A stretch of DNA of 64,000 bases from a virus (IMGVR_UViG_3300046787_000129:45630-109629); one strand, 5' to 3'; shown: positions 29,763 to 42,127, numbered from the stretch's first letter. Notes: a model not told the origin generated them from the letters alone. Numbers and translations: made by a program.

Positions 29763-30566
29763 ATGGCAAAAAGTTTATTGCAGCAGGTAATGCTGAAACC
29801 AGTTCAGAAGAAGATTGACTCTTTTCTTGACGCTGACCAGCTTATTGAAAAGATTCGTTCTGGTTATACGATTAATCGTGTAGCCAAGCACACACAGAAG
29901 AAAACATTTGCACCATCGACAATCGCATTCTCACACGGAGAGTGTGCTCGTTATTGGTACCTAGCCTTTGATGGCGGTATCTTTGAGGACAATGCAGATG
30001 CTTATGGTGGTGCTAACATGAACGCTGGTACTAAGTCTCACGAGCGTATTCAGGAGGCCATGGGCAATGTCCCAGACTTCCTAATCGACTCTGAGTTTAA
30101 GATTACCTATGAGAACCCTCCAATCTTTGGTTACGGTGACGTAATGCTTAATTGGGAGGGACAAGAACTTCTTGGCGAAATTAAAACAATGCCAAGTGAG
30201 GGATTCGAGTATAGAAAGATGCACGGTAAGGCCAAGACTGGTCACCTAGTGCAGCTACTAATCTATATGAAGATTCTAAAGAAGGATAAGGCAGTTCTGA
30301 TCTATGAGAATAAGAACAACCATGAACTACTTATCATACCAGTAGAGTTAAACGACTACTATGCTAGGTGGGTAGACCAGGCATTTGATTGGATGAGCAG
30401 TGTTCGTAAGGCATGGACAGATAGAACCTTGCCAGAGAAGAACTACCGTTCAAATTCAAAAATCTGTAAAACATGTCCTATTTCTAAGATGTGTGCAGAA
30501 GCTGGTATCGGAGACATTAAGATGAAATCTCTGGAGCCAATAGATGAAACACTGTCAATGGTGTGA
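29763..30566 (+). CDS. Cas4-like/PD-(D/E)xK exonuclease
   Basis: CARYWY, GTKSH, GYGD, GEIKT, QLLIY, C-terminal CKTCP...C Fe-S cysteines. Confidence 0.88.
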   Translation: MAKSLLQQVMLKPVQKKIDSFLDADQLIEKIRSGYTINRVAKHTQKKTFAPSTIAFSHGECARYWYLAFDGGIFEDNADAYGGANMNAGTKSHERIQEAMGNVPDFLIDSEFKITYENPPIFGYGDVMLNWEGQELLGEIKTMPSEGFEYRKMHGKAKTGHLVQLLIYMKILKKDKAVLIYENKNNHELLIIPVELNDYYARWVDQAFDWMSSVRKAWTDRTLPEKNYRSNSKICKTCPISKMCAEAGIGDIKMKSLEPIDETLSMV

Positions 30567-30828
30567 CCACACATTCGAAACTAAAATATCTTATCAGATA
30601 TACTGTTCTGCATCTTGTAGAGAATCTGCAACTAAAGAAAAGATATCTGCCAGGTACTTGCTGACACGTAGAAGCAAGCGTACTGGTAAGGATAGAAAGT
30701 GTAAGCATTGTAGTTCACAACTATCAATATACAACGATGACGAGCTTTGCACAAAGTGCGAGGTAAATCCAAAGGATGTATTCAACGTCCTTAAAGATAT
30801 CAAAGGCTTGGCTAATGGTAAGAATTAG
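30544..30828 (+). CDS. Zinc-finger protein
   Basis: CQWC...YCSASC and CKHC...CTKC. Confidence 0.65.
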   Translation: MKHCQWCDHTFETKISYQIYCSASCRESATKEKISARYLLTRRSKRTGKDRKCKHCSSQLSIYNDDELCTKCEVNPKDVFNVLKDIKGLANGKN

Positions 30829-31387
30829 TTCATCAATAAAACCAGACAAGATCTGTGCAATTGACGCTAGTACCAATAGCCTTGCCTTTGCTATTTTCCA
30901 TGGTGGCAAGCTGCATAGCTGCGGTAAGATTAGATTCGATGGCATAAACGCCTATCAGAAGCTAGGAGATGCTGCTAGAAAGTCTCTGCCATTCTTTGAG
31001 CAGCTAGACATAGACGCAATTGTTATTGAGCATACTGTGTTTATAAACTCACCAAAGACTGCTTCAGACCTTGCCCTGATACAGGGAGCACTTCTGGGGG
31101 CAGCAAAACTTGCAGGTATTAGAACAGCAGGATCTATTAATCCTATTACATGGCAGAGCTTCATTGGTAACAATAAGCTCTCTGTAAAGGAAAAGCAGGA
31201 AATGGCTGCTGAGTTCCCAGGCAAGTCTAAGAACTGGTACCAGAACAAGTCTAGAGAAATAAGAAAGCAACGAACAATTAAGTTTGTTAATACTTATTAT
31301 GATAAGAACCTGACAGACGATGATGTTGCAGATGCAGTTGGCATTGGCCACTATGCAATTCACAATTGGGAAAAGATTGACAAATAG
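30815..31387 (+). CDS. ruvC: RuvC-like resolvase
   Basis: CAIDASTNSLAFA, IVIE, DDVADAVGIG; start ATG 30815 preferred. Confidence 0.85.
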   Translation: MVRISSSIKPDKICAIDASTNSLAFAIFHGGKLHSCGKIRFDGINAYQKLGDAARKSLPFFEQLDIDAIVIEHTVFINSPKTASDLALIQGALLGAAKLAGIRTAGSINPITWQSFIGNNKLSVKEKQEMAAEFPGKSKNWYQNKSREIRKQRTIKFVNTYYDKNLTDDDVADAVGIGHYAIHNWEKIDK

Positions 31388-31395
31388 GAGATAGT

Positions 31396-31548
31396 GTGTC
31401 AAAATTATATACTAGCGAAGTTTGGTTAAAGAAACGCTACTGGATGGACAAGAAAACTCCAGAAGAAATTGCAAAAGAATGTGGGACAAGCGTAGAGACT
31501 ATCTATGTTTATCTTGCTAAGTTTAAACTAAGACGATCGAAGCGATGA
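31396..31548 (+). CDS. Small HTH DNA-binding protein (50 aa, not in ORF track)
   Basis: SD AGGAG, GTG start; WLKKRY...KTPEEIAKECGTSVETIYVYLAKFKL. Confidence 0.75.
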   Translation: MSKLYTSEVWLKKRYWMDKKTPEEIAKECGTSVETIYVYLAKFKLRRSKR

Positions 31549-31709
31549 GAATTTTAAAACATTTTAAGAAAAAGCTTGTTGGGTTCTATGTAGGACTAAC
31601 ATGTAAACACGAGGCTCCCAGAGAGTCATCATGTCCCTTTACTGGGATAACCTATATTGTATGTAATAAATGCACTAAGATAATTGGTGGAAGGAAAACA
31701 AATGGCTAA
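31545..31709 (+). CDS. Small Cys/His zinc-binding protein (54 aa)
   Basis: ATGA overlap; CKH...CPFTG...CNKC. Confidence 0.55.
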   Translation: MRILKHFKKKLVGFYVGLTCKHEAPRESSCPFTGITYIVCNKCTKIIGGRKTNG

Positions 31710-31944
31710 AGCAACAGCACTAGAGATCACCGTGGATCAGGTTAATCACCCGTCCCACTACACGGCCCACCCAAGCGGTATTGAGGCCATTCAGATTACT
31801 AGGCACATGAACTTTAACCTTGGTAACGCTATTAAGTATATATGGAGGGCAGGACTTAAGAATGAAGGAAAGCACATCGAAGATCTCAAGAAAGCGATCT
31901 TTTACATTAATGACGAGATTAAACGAATTGAAGGACAAGCCTAA
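31702..31944 (+). CDS. DUF3310-family protein
   Basis: DQVNHPSHY...GIEAI...GNAIKYIWRAGLK...EDLKKA. Confidence 0.9.
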   Translation: MAKATALEITVDQVNHPSHYTAHPSGIEAIQITRHMNFNLGNAIKYIWRAGLKNEGKHIEDLKKAIFYINDEIKRIEGQA

Positions 31945-32195
31945 TGACCCAACTCCTAAAAGAGCCACAGGTAACACTCCCCAGCGGAAAGATCATTGAA
32001 AAGGGAGAAATCTTTAGAGTATCTGGAGAGTATGGACTTAAGTTTAAGTTCGAGAGTTTAACCATCAACCCAGAGACTGGGTCAGAATGGGTAGATTGCT
32101 TTGAAGTATTTCGAGGCAGAGCAGGAGCGTTTAGATCATTCAGAATTGAACGAGTAAAGCGTATCCCTAAGAAGAGAATTAAGAAGGCTAAGTAA
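31944..32195 (+). CDS. Hypothetical SH3-like protein
   Basis: SEWVDC...FRSFRIERVK; coupled start. Confidence 0.55.
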   Translation: MTQLLKEPQVTLPSGKIIEKGEIFRVSGEYGLKFKFESLTINPETGSEWVDCFEVFRGRAGAFRSFRIERVKRIPKKRIKKAK

Positions 32196-32731
32196 TGTCA
32201 TTTGAAGACTTAACAGTTGAGCACCTGGATGAGGTGAACAAGGTTGTAGAGAAGTATCTGCAGGGCAGTGAGCCTACGCAGATATCTAAGGAACTATCCT
32301 TGCCACGTCAAAAGGTAGTTGCTCACATTCAGCAATGGCGTGAGATGGCTTCTGACAACGCAGCTATCCGTGCACGTGCTAAGGAAGCACTTGTGGGGGC
32401 AGACACCCACTACACAAAGCTAATCAGCAAGGCGTATGAGGTCATTGACGAGGCTACGACTACTGCAAATCTAAACGCTAAGACTTCTGGCATCAAGCTA
32501 GTCATGGACCTAGAGTCCAAGCGTATTGATATGCTCCAGAAGGCAGGACTCCTTGAGAACAAGGAACTTGCAGAAGAGATGGTTGAGATTGAGCGTAAGC
32601 AGGATATCCTAGTTAATATACTTAAGGATATTGCTTCAGAGCACCCACAGATTCGTGACGAAATTATGCGTAGACTTTCTTTGGTTGCCAGAGAACGAGA
32701 GGTAATCACAATTGTCAACGATGTTCAATGA
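32195..32731 (+). CDS. terS: Terminase small subunit
   Basis: N-terminal HTH plus coiled coil; overlaps large subunit. Confidence 0.75.
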   Translation: MSFEDLTVEHLDEVNKVVEKYLQGSEPTQISKELSLPRQKVVAHIQQWREMASDNAAIRARAKEALVGADTHYTKLISKAYEVIDEATTTANLNAKTSGIKLVMDLESKRIDMLQKAGLLENKELAEEMVEIERKQDILVNILKDIASEHPQIRDEIMRRLSLVAREREVITIVNDVQ

Positions 32732-34496
32732 TTTCTTTGAGGTTCTCAAGGATAACAACTTTGCTGAAAGACCAGTAGACGCTCGTACATTCGTCGAGGG
32801 CACGGCATATCTAAACCAGCCACCACTGTCACAGATTCAGTATGACATCGTAGAGGCTATGAGTCAAATTTATAAGCTTGAAGATCTTATAGATCTGTTA
32901 GGTGAAGAAGAGGGTAGACGTTATTTTAAAAAGTATACAAAGAATGAAGTCATTCTTCAGCTTGGTAAGGGTAGCGGTAAGGACTTTGTCTCTACAGTGG
33001 CTTGTTCTTACATCGTATATAAGTTACTATGCCTTAAAGACCCTGCTCGCTATTTCGGTAAGCCTTCTGGCGATGCTATTGACATTATTAACGTGGCTAT
33101 CAATGCCCAACAGGCGAAAAACGTTTTCTTTAAGGGATTTAAGACAAAGATCGAAAAATCTGAATGGTTTGCTGGTAAATTCCACGCTAAGGCTGAAAGC
33201 ATTGAGTTTGATCACGCTATCACAGTTTACTCTGGACACTCTGAACGTGAAAGCCATGAGGGGCTTAACCTCATACTCGCTGTTCTTGACGAGATTTCTG
33301 GATTTGCTCAGGAAATTGGAACAGGAAACGACCAAGGCAAGACGGCTGATAATATTTACAAGGCTTTCCGTGCATCAGTTGACTCACGTTTCCCAGACCT
33401 AGGAAAGGTAGCCCTGCTATCCTTCCCACGTTATCCAGGAGACTTTATCTCTCAGAGATACGATGCAGTGATCGCAGAAAAAGAAGTTGTCACAAAGCAT
33501 CATAAGTTTATTATGAATGAGGACCTACCAGAAGATGCAGAGGGCAATACCCTAGACATCGAATGGGATGAAGACACAATCCTCTCATACAAGTTCCCAG
33601 GCATGTTTGCTATCAAGCGTCCAACCTGGGTAGTCAATCCTACAAGAAAGATTGACGATTTCAAGTTAGCGTTCTATACTGATATAGGTGACGCTATGCA
33701 ACGCTTTGCGTGTGTTCCAACTTTCTCATCCGATGCGTTTTTTAAGCAGGTAGAGAAGGTACGTGCATGTATGACTATTCGTAATCCTATTGATGGATAT
33801 AAACGAATTGATGATACATTCACTCCAGATCCAGACAAGACCTACTACGTCCATGCTGACCTTGCACAGAAACATGACAAGTGTGCTGTTGCAATCGCTC
33901 ACGTAGAGAAGTGGGTTAATGTTCAGGTAGTTAAGGATTATCAGCAGGTAATGCCTGTGGTAGTCGTAGACGCTGTAGTTTGGTGGGAGCCAAGAGTTGA
34001 AGGCCCTGTAAACCTATCAGAGGTTAAGCAGTGGATTCAAGGCCTACGCAGAAGTGGATTCAACATTGGCATGGTCTCGTTTGACCGCTGGCAGTCGTTT
34101 GATATCCAGAATGAGCTGAAGCAGGTTGGTATTCGTACTGAGACTGTTTCGGTAGCAAAGAAACACTACGAGGATATGGCAATGCTAATGTACGAAGAGC
34201 GTCTAGTTCTTCCAACAATTGAGCTGCTATTCGAAGAACTTACAGAGCTTAAGATCGTTAAGCAGAACAGGGTAGACCACCCACGTAAGTCTTCTAAGGA
34301 CCTTGCGGATGCTGTCTGTGGTGCCATATTTGGTGCCATTAGCCACACACCGAAAGATACTAACCTTGAAGTAGAGGTTCATACATTCAGAGATAGACCA
34401 AAGAAACAAGTTGACATGGGCAACGACAACGTGATACAATTAAAACCCATGACCGAAGAAGTTCGTGAATACTTACAACGATTTGATTTAATCTAA
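32721..34496 (+). CDS. terL: Terminase large subunit
   Basis: LGKGSGKD Walker A, VLDE Walker B, HADLA and SFDRWQS nuclease motifs, VDHP...SKDLADA. Confidence 0.93.
   Translation: MFNDFFEVLKDNNFAERPVDARTFVEGTAYLNQPPLSQIQYDIVEAMSQIYKLEDLIDLLGEEEGRRYFKKYTKNEVILQLGKGSGKDFVSTVACSYIVYKLLCLKDPARYFGKPSGDAIDIINVAINAQQAKNVFFKGFKTKIEKSEWFAGKFHAKAESIEFDHAITVYSGHSERESHEGLNLILAVLDEISGFAQEIGTGNDQGKTADNIYKAFRASVDSRFPDLGKVALLSFPRYPGDFISQRYDAVIAEKEVVTKHHKFIMNEDLPEDAEGNTLDIEWDEDTILSYKFPGMFAIKRPTWVVNPTRKIDDFKLAFYTDIGDAMQRFACVPTFSSDAFFKQVEKVRACMTIRNPIDGYKRIDDTFTPDPDKTYYVHADLAQKHDKCAVAIAHVEKWVNVQVVKDYQQVMPVVVVDAVVWWEPRVEGPVNLSEVKQWIQGLRRSGFNIGMVSFDRWQSFDIQNELKQVGIRTETVSVAKKHYEDMAMLMYEERLVLPTIELLFEELTELKIVKQNRVDHPRKSSKDLADAVCGAIFGAISHTPKDTNLEVEVHTFRDRPKKQVDMGNDNVIQLKPMTEEVREYLQRFDLI
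34411..34440 (+). promoter_or_regulatory. SigA-type promoter inside terL 3' end
   Basis: TTGACA-18 nt-TACAAT with TGn; upstream of strong SD AAAGGAG of next gene. Confidence 0.55.
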
Positions 34497-34524
34497 TCAA
34501 TATATAAAAGGAGAGAAACAAAAT

Positions 34525-35457
34525 ATGGCTTCATTTAAGAAGACTCTAATCGCTACTGCATCGGCAGTGGCACTTGTAACAACCGCTCTAATCGCAGCAC
34601 CTGCAAACGCTGCAGTGTCAACCGCTCTAACTGTTGCTGGCTCAGCTGCAACTGGCGGAACCACTGAGGCAACCGCAATTGCCCTACCAGTTCCTGCAGA
34701 TAACTCTGTAGACACCGTAGACACTCTAGACGTTGCTCTATCTGGCATCACCGCTGGAGAGGCCGTAGCCGTTGTTGCTACTGACGCAACCCTAGTTGCT
34801 GCTGGCACCACTGGTGCAATTACTGTAACCACTGGAGCATCTACTCTAAACATTGCAACTGGTACTGGTACCACTGCAGGCTTCCGAGTATATACTAAGA
34901 CTACTAAGGTTGGAAAGGTTGTTGTTACCGTTGGTGCTGCAACTCCAGTAACCTACTATGTCAAGGGTACTGCTGGTGCACTTAACGCTATCGCATTGAC
35001 TGCTCCTACTGCTGCTCTAGGAACCACAGCTAAGGTTACTGCTACTGGTACTGACGTATTCGGTAACGTAGTTTCTGGTGCAACTGTTGCCCTTCAGGTA
35101 ATCAGCGGTTCAGCAACCAACACCTACTCACTGACCACCACTGCTGACGGTACTGCCGTTAAGGAGCTAACTGGTCTATCGGTAGACTCATATGACCTAC
35201 TTGCAACTGCTACCGTAGCTGCACAGGTAACTGGTCTTGCAAAGCCAGTTGGCTTTGTTAAGGGTCAGCTAAAGGTTGTAGACCTGTCAGCACTTGCTGC
35301 TGGTAAGGATGCAGAGCTTGCTGTTGCTATCGCAACCATCGCAGACCTAAAGGCACAGATTGTCGCCCTAAAGGCTGCAGAAATCGCCAAGTACAACGCT
35401 CTTGCTACTCGTTGGAACAAGGCACACCCAGCTAAGAAGATTGCTCTACGCAAGTAA
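34525..35457 (+). CDS. Secreted Ala/Thr-rich Ig-like surface (S-layer-like) protein
   Basis: Sec signal ending APANA|A; Ig-like ATGTDVFGNVVSGATV; C-terminal coiled coil and basic KYNALATRWNKAHP tail. Confidence 0.65.
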   Translation: MASFKKTLIATASAVALVTTALIAAPANAAVSTALTVAGSAATGGTTEATAIALPVPADNSVDTVDTLDVALSGITAGEAVAVVATDATLVAAGTTGAITVTTGASTLNIATGTGTTAGFRVYTKTTKVGKVVVTVGAATPVTYYVKGTAGALNAIALTAPTAALGTTAKVTATGTDVFGNVVSGATVALQVISGSATNTYSLTTTADGTAVKELTGLSVDSYDLLATATVAAQVTGLAKPVGFVKGQLKVVDLSALAAGKDAELAVAIATIADLKAQIVALKAAEIAKYNALATRWNKAHPAKKIALRK

Positions 35458-35474
35458 TTAGCTAACAGATTGGC

Positions 35475-35505
35475 TAAGGGGCAGGAGGTAAAACTTCTGC
35501 CCTTA
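35475..35505 (+). terminator. Hairpin terminator
   Basis: GGGCAGGAG-gtaaaa-CTTCTGCCC. Confidence 0.6.
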
Positions 35506-35541
35506 AGTCTCTCTGGACTATTAAAAACGGAGGTAGAATAG

Positions 35542-35926
35542 ATGTCTATCCAAATCATATACTTCTCAAATTATTCAGGGAATACCAAGAGATTTGTAGA
35601 AAAGCTAACGGACACAGCCGTTAGAATCCCCATAAAGGGAGACAGCCCTAGGGCCAGCAGTGAGTACATCCTCTGCGTTCCTACCTATGGTGGTGGCAGT
35701 ATCAAGTCAGCCATCCCCAGGCAGGTAAAAGAGTTTTTGAATATCCCTGAGAACAGGGACCTCCTTCGTGGAGTTATAGGTTTAGGCAACACAAATTTTG
35801 GAGAAGACTTCTGCAAGGCTGCAGAGCTAATCTCACAAAAAGCTGGGGTACCAGTAATAGCCAGAGTGGAAATCTTTGGTACAGACGACGATGTAATTAA
35901 AGTAAAAGAAAGGTTAAGGTTACTGT

Positions 35927-35937
<11 letters not shown>
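35542..35937 (+). CDS. nrdI: Class Ib RNR flavodoxin NrdI
   Basis: [30 protein letters not shown]. Confidence 0.96.
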
Positions 35938-39012
<3,075 letters not shown>

Positions 39013-39029
39013 CCTAGATACATCGGCTT

Positions 39030-39060
39030 GGGGTCTACCTTTCGGGGTAGGCCCCTTTTT
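39030..39060 (+). terminator. Intrinsic terminator
   Basis: GGGGTCTACCT-TTCG-GGGTAGGCCCC-TTTTT. Confidence 0.92.
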
Positions 39061-39119
39061 GACGCCTAACAATATAGTATAATAGTATTACTAGACATCC
39101 AAAACCCAAGGAGGATGAC

Positions 39120-41108
39120 ATTAATAAATTATTTAGGTTCAACCTGGCAGTATCAATAGCCTTCGGATCATTATTTTTTGCTACTCCAGCCATAGCCGTA
39201 GAGTCAACTTTAGAAGAGGCCCAGGCAGCCTTAGTCGTCGCAGAGCAGTCAGCATCAGACGCAACAGCTGCATTCTATACAGCAGCAGACAGTGCCACTG
39301 CAGCTGCCACAGCCAGAGACAATGCTGTAACTGCGTATGATCAGGCGGTAGCGGCCTGGGAGGCAACAAAAGTCACTCACCCAGGAACAACTTCAACTAG
39401 TACTCAGAACGTTGTTCAGAATGGCACCTTTGATAGTGCTTCTAACTGGACAAACGTCGTGGCAAGCAACACAGTTTATACTGGTGGTGCCAACCCTATC
39501 ATTTACAATGGAGCCCTAAAGGGATCATACACTGCTGGATACTATATTCAACAGACTGGGGTCTTCCCAAGTCCAACTAGACAAGTAACCTTTTCTGTAG
39601 ACGTTTGGAATTACGATACAAACGAGGGGAATCGAATAAACAACCCAGACTACTATCGCATTGAGTTCCGCACCTATAATGCTGCAGGTGCAAGACTAAA
39701 CTATTACAACATTGAGTGGTCTCAGTGGCATGATCTGATGACCAGATCTGCATCCTATACACTATCTGACGATGCTGTAAGGTGGGACATAGGCTTTAGA
39801 ATGGCTGACGCTGGATACTGGGCTGGAGCATTTGGTCCAGTAATCGACAACGTTCGTCTGATTGCAACGATGGGAACCACAACCCCAGAAACATATACTT
39901 ATGGTGAACCAGAAACAGCTGCAAAGGATTCAGCATATCAAGACTTCATTTCTGCACAGTCAGCATCAAGCTTAGCAGACTTAGCAAGAAGTTCGGCACA
40001 GACCGCTTTGGACACTGCAACAGCAGAAGTTTCTAGACTTACTCAGCTAGTCTACAGCCTTACCCCTGTTCCAGTAATCACTCCACCAGCCGCAGGGGAT
40101 TATTCTGCAGGTGAAGGTGGAACTATAGAGCTAACTGCTCCAGCAGGAAAGAAATTTTCTACCGTAACAGCCTGGTATGGATCACCTACAGACGTAGCTT
40201 GTGGAGGTGACGTATCTGCTCAGGTTAGCCAGATAATAAACGGGGCAACCTCTGTAATAGTTAATGCAGACAACTCTCTAGGAGATACTTGTGGAGGAGT
40301 CGTAAAGGTATTAACCCTAAGTAACCTAACATATACAGACATCCCTGCAACATCGGTTGACACTACTGATCCAGTCGTTCCACCAGTAGTCACCCCACCA
40401 GTAATTGAGCCCCAGCCCCAACCACAGCCAATTCCACTTCCAGTAGTTCCGTCACCACCAGCAGAAACTCCTGTTATAATAGAACCAACACCTACCCCTA
40501 CAGAGGAGCCAACAGTTGAGCCAACACCAGCCCCAACAGTGGATCCCACCCCAACCCCTACACCTACAGAAGAGCCAGCACCTGCACCTACGCAGAGCCA
40601 GGAACCTACTGAAGAGCCAACAGAGAATGTCGTACAGCCGTTACCAGAACCAGAGCCGTCAGCAACCACAGAAGTACAACCAGAACCTGAGCTATCTGTA
40701 GAAGAAGCGGTAGCTGAAATAGCTATCTTATCAGAGATAGTTCCAGAGAAGTTGACAGACGCACAAGCAGAAGAGCTAAAGGATGCGGCCATTACCGTAT
40801 TGGACACAGCGGTTCAAGGATCAGCAGAGTATAACCAAGCACTAGAGGCCCTTGCTATTGTTGCTGAGGCAGACGACGTCGAGCTACCAGAAGAGCTAGC
40901 AGCTATTCCAGGTGCGGCAGCAGTCCTAGATGCCTTAAATAATCTAGGTAACATCGGTGCTGACATGAGCCCAAAGCAGCGTGAAGAGTCTGAAAAAATT
41001 GTTGTATCTGCCATTGTTGTTGGACAAGTTGCTCAGATGGCAACAGCGGCAGCTGCTTCGGCAGCGGTAAGTTCAAGTGGTTCATCAGGACCAAGAAGGA
41101 GAAACTAA
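39120..41108 (+). CDS. Exported multidomain protein (signal peptide, coiled coil, CBM-like, SUEL-lectin-like, Pro/Thr/Glu stalk, C-terminal anchor); probable ATT start
   Basis: Frame open from 39078 with no ATG/GTG/TTG until 39459; AAGGAGG 5 nt before ATT 39120; NKLFRFNLAVSIAFGSLFFATPAIA signal peptide. Confidence 0.7.
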   Translation: MNKLFRFNLAVSIAFGSLFFATPAIAVESTLEEAQAALVVAEQSASDATAAFYTAADSATAAATARDNAVTAYDQAVAAWEATKVTHPGTTSTSTQNVVQNGTFDSASNWTNVVASNTVYTGGANPIIYNGALKGSYTAGYYIQQTGVFPSPTRQVTFSVDVWNYDTNEGNRINNPDYYRIEFRTYNAAGARLNYYNIEWSQWHDLMTRSASYTLSDDAVRWDIGFRMADAGYWAGAFGPVIDNVRLIATMGTTTPETYTYGEPETAAKDSAYQDFISAQSASSLADLARSSAQTALDTATAEVSRLTQLVYSLTPVPVITPPAAGDYSAGEGGTIELTAPAGKKFSTVTAWYGSPTDVACGGDVSAQVSQIINGATSVIVNADNSLGDTCGGVVKVLTLSNLTYTDIPATSVDTTDPVVPPVVTPPVIEPQPQPQPIPLPVVPSPPAETPVIIEPTPTPTEEPTVEPTPAPTVDPTPTPTPTEEPAPAPTQSQEPTEEPTENVVQPLPEPEPSATTEVQPEPELSVEEAVAEIAILSEIVPEKLTDAQAEELKDAAITVLDTAVQGSAEYNQALEALAIVAEADDVELPEELAAIPGAAAVLDALNNLGNIGADMSPKQREESEKIVVSAIVVGQVAQMATAAAASAAVSSSGSSGPRRRN

Positions 41109-41296
41109 TGAAGAAAATTCTAGACGGAGTTACTAATCTAGTTAGAGATATACTCGACCAGGCCTGGACCCTTGTTGGTCTTGCAATTGGTTGGCTAGTT
41201 TTGGAGGGCAGTGCAAAGACTGTAACCGCAAACCTAGTTATAGGAACTCTACTAATATGGATAGTAACCTATCGTATTCGTAATCCAAAAGAGTAG
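41108..41296 (+). CDS. Small two-TM membrane protein
   Basis: Two hydrophobic helices; coupled TAATG. Confidence 0.65.
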   Translation: MKKILDGVTNLVRDILDQAWTLVGLAIGWLVLEGSAKTVTANLVIGTLLIWIVTYRIRNPKE

Positions 41297-41309
41297 TTAT
41301 AATAGTAAC

Positions 41310-41585
41310 ATGAAAAAAACCCTAATTTCATCAGTTCTACTTGTCGCAACCTTGTCACTATCTGGTTGCGGATGGAGCGGTTATTACCGTTATCCATGCC
41401 AAGATCCAGTGAACTGGAATGCAACAGAGTGTAAGCCACCTATCTGCACGGCCAATGGATGGTGTTCACCAGACCTTCTAGGGTTTGATCCAAATGCACC
41501 TGTAGAGACCGTAGCTCCTACAGACCCTACAGTCGTTGATGAGACAGTTGTAGATACTACCACAGGAGAAGAAACCAATGGCTAA
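41310..41585 (+). CDS. Lipoprotein, leaderless
   Basis: MKK + hydrophobic core + LSGC lipobox; YRYPCQDP...C...C...C. Confidence 0.75.
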   Translation: MKKTLISSVLLVATLSLSGCGWSGYYRYPCQDPVNWNATECKPPICTANGWCSPDLLGFDPNAPVETVAPTDPTVVDETVVDTTTGEETNG

Positions 41586-41859
41586 GGAAAAATATACGCC
41601 ACAAGACCTAGATGCTAGACTGAAGTTTACCATTGGTATTACTTTAGGAGCAGTTCTATTTGTAACTGTTATAGCAATCCTTTATGGTCTTATCTTTGTC
41701 ACACAGCCTATTGGTGCTCAGGCAGAGAACGATAAGATGTTCTTCAACGTTCTATCAAGCATTGCTACGTTCATCACTGGTGCACTTGCAGGACTAATGG
41801 TTGGTGCCAAGGGCCAAGACGGAGCATCGGCAGTTACAGAAGAGCCAACAGAGTTCTAA
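41578..41859 (+). CDS. Two-TM membrane protein
   Basis: Two long hydrophobic segments; overlaps lipoprotein gene. Confidence 0.7.
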   Translation: MAKEKYTPQDLDARLKFTIGITLGAVLFVTVIAILYGLIFVTQPIGAQAENDKMFFNVLSSIATFITGALAGLMVGAKGQDGASAVTEEPTEF

Positions 41860-41876
41860 AAACTTTTTAAAAACAC

Positions 41877-41905
41877 TTGACAACCCTTTCTAGGAACCGT
41901 ATACT
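41877..41905 (+). promoter_or_regulatory. SigA-type promoter embedded in inverted repeat
   Basis: TTGACA-17 nt-TATACT. Confidence 0.75.
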
Positions 41906-41934
41906 TGATATACAACCTAGAGAGGGTTTTCAAA

Positions 41935-42126
41935 TTGAGTGAAGATATTATTATTCTAGACAAAGAAGAAGTCTGGAAGTGGCTAGATATCGGTATTGCC
42001 AATGGCTGGATATCAGAGCCTTTCTGCTATACGCATGATGGCGATCCATACATGACAGAAGAAGAAGAAAAAGAATGGGAAGACGGCGGAGATCCGTGTG
42101 CCCCAGTAATCAAAGTTTTAGTATAG
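41935..42126 (+). CDS. Hypothetical protein
   Basis: Probable TTG start after GAGAGGG; WLDIGIANGWISEPFCYTHDG...GGDPC. Confidence 0.6.
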   Translation: MSEDIIILDKEEVWKWLDIGIANGWISEPFCYTHDGDPYMTEEEEKEWEDGGDPCAPVIKVLV

Positions 42127-42127
42127 G

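Noticed and set aside
29763-30566. Cas4-like gene as sign of a CRISPR system
   Set aside because: No repeat-spacer array or other cas genes seen; stand-alone Cas4-like nucleases are routine in phage recombination modules
41310-41859. Spanin pair
   Set aside because: No long periplasmic coiled coil, and the inferred host lacks a Gram-negative outer membrane
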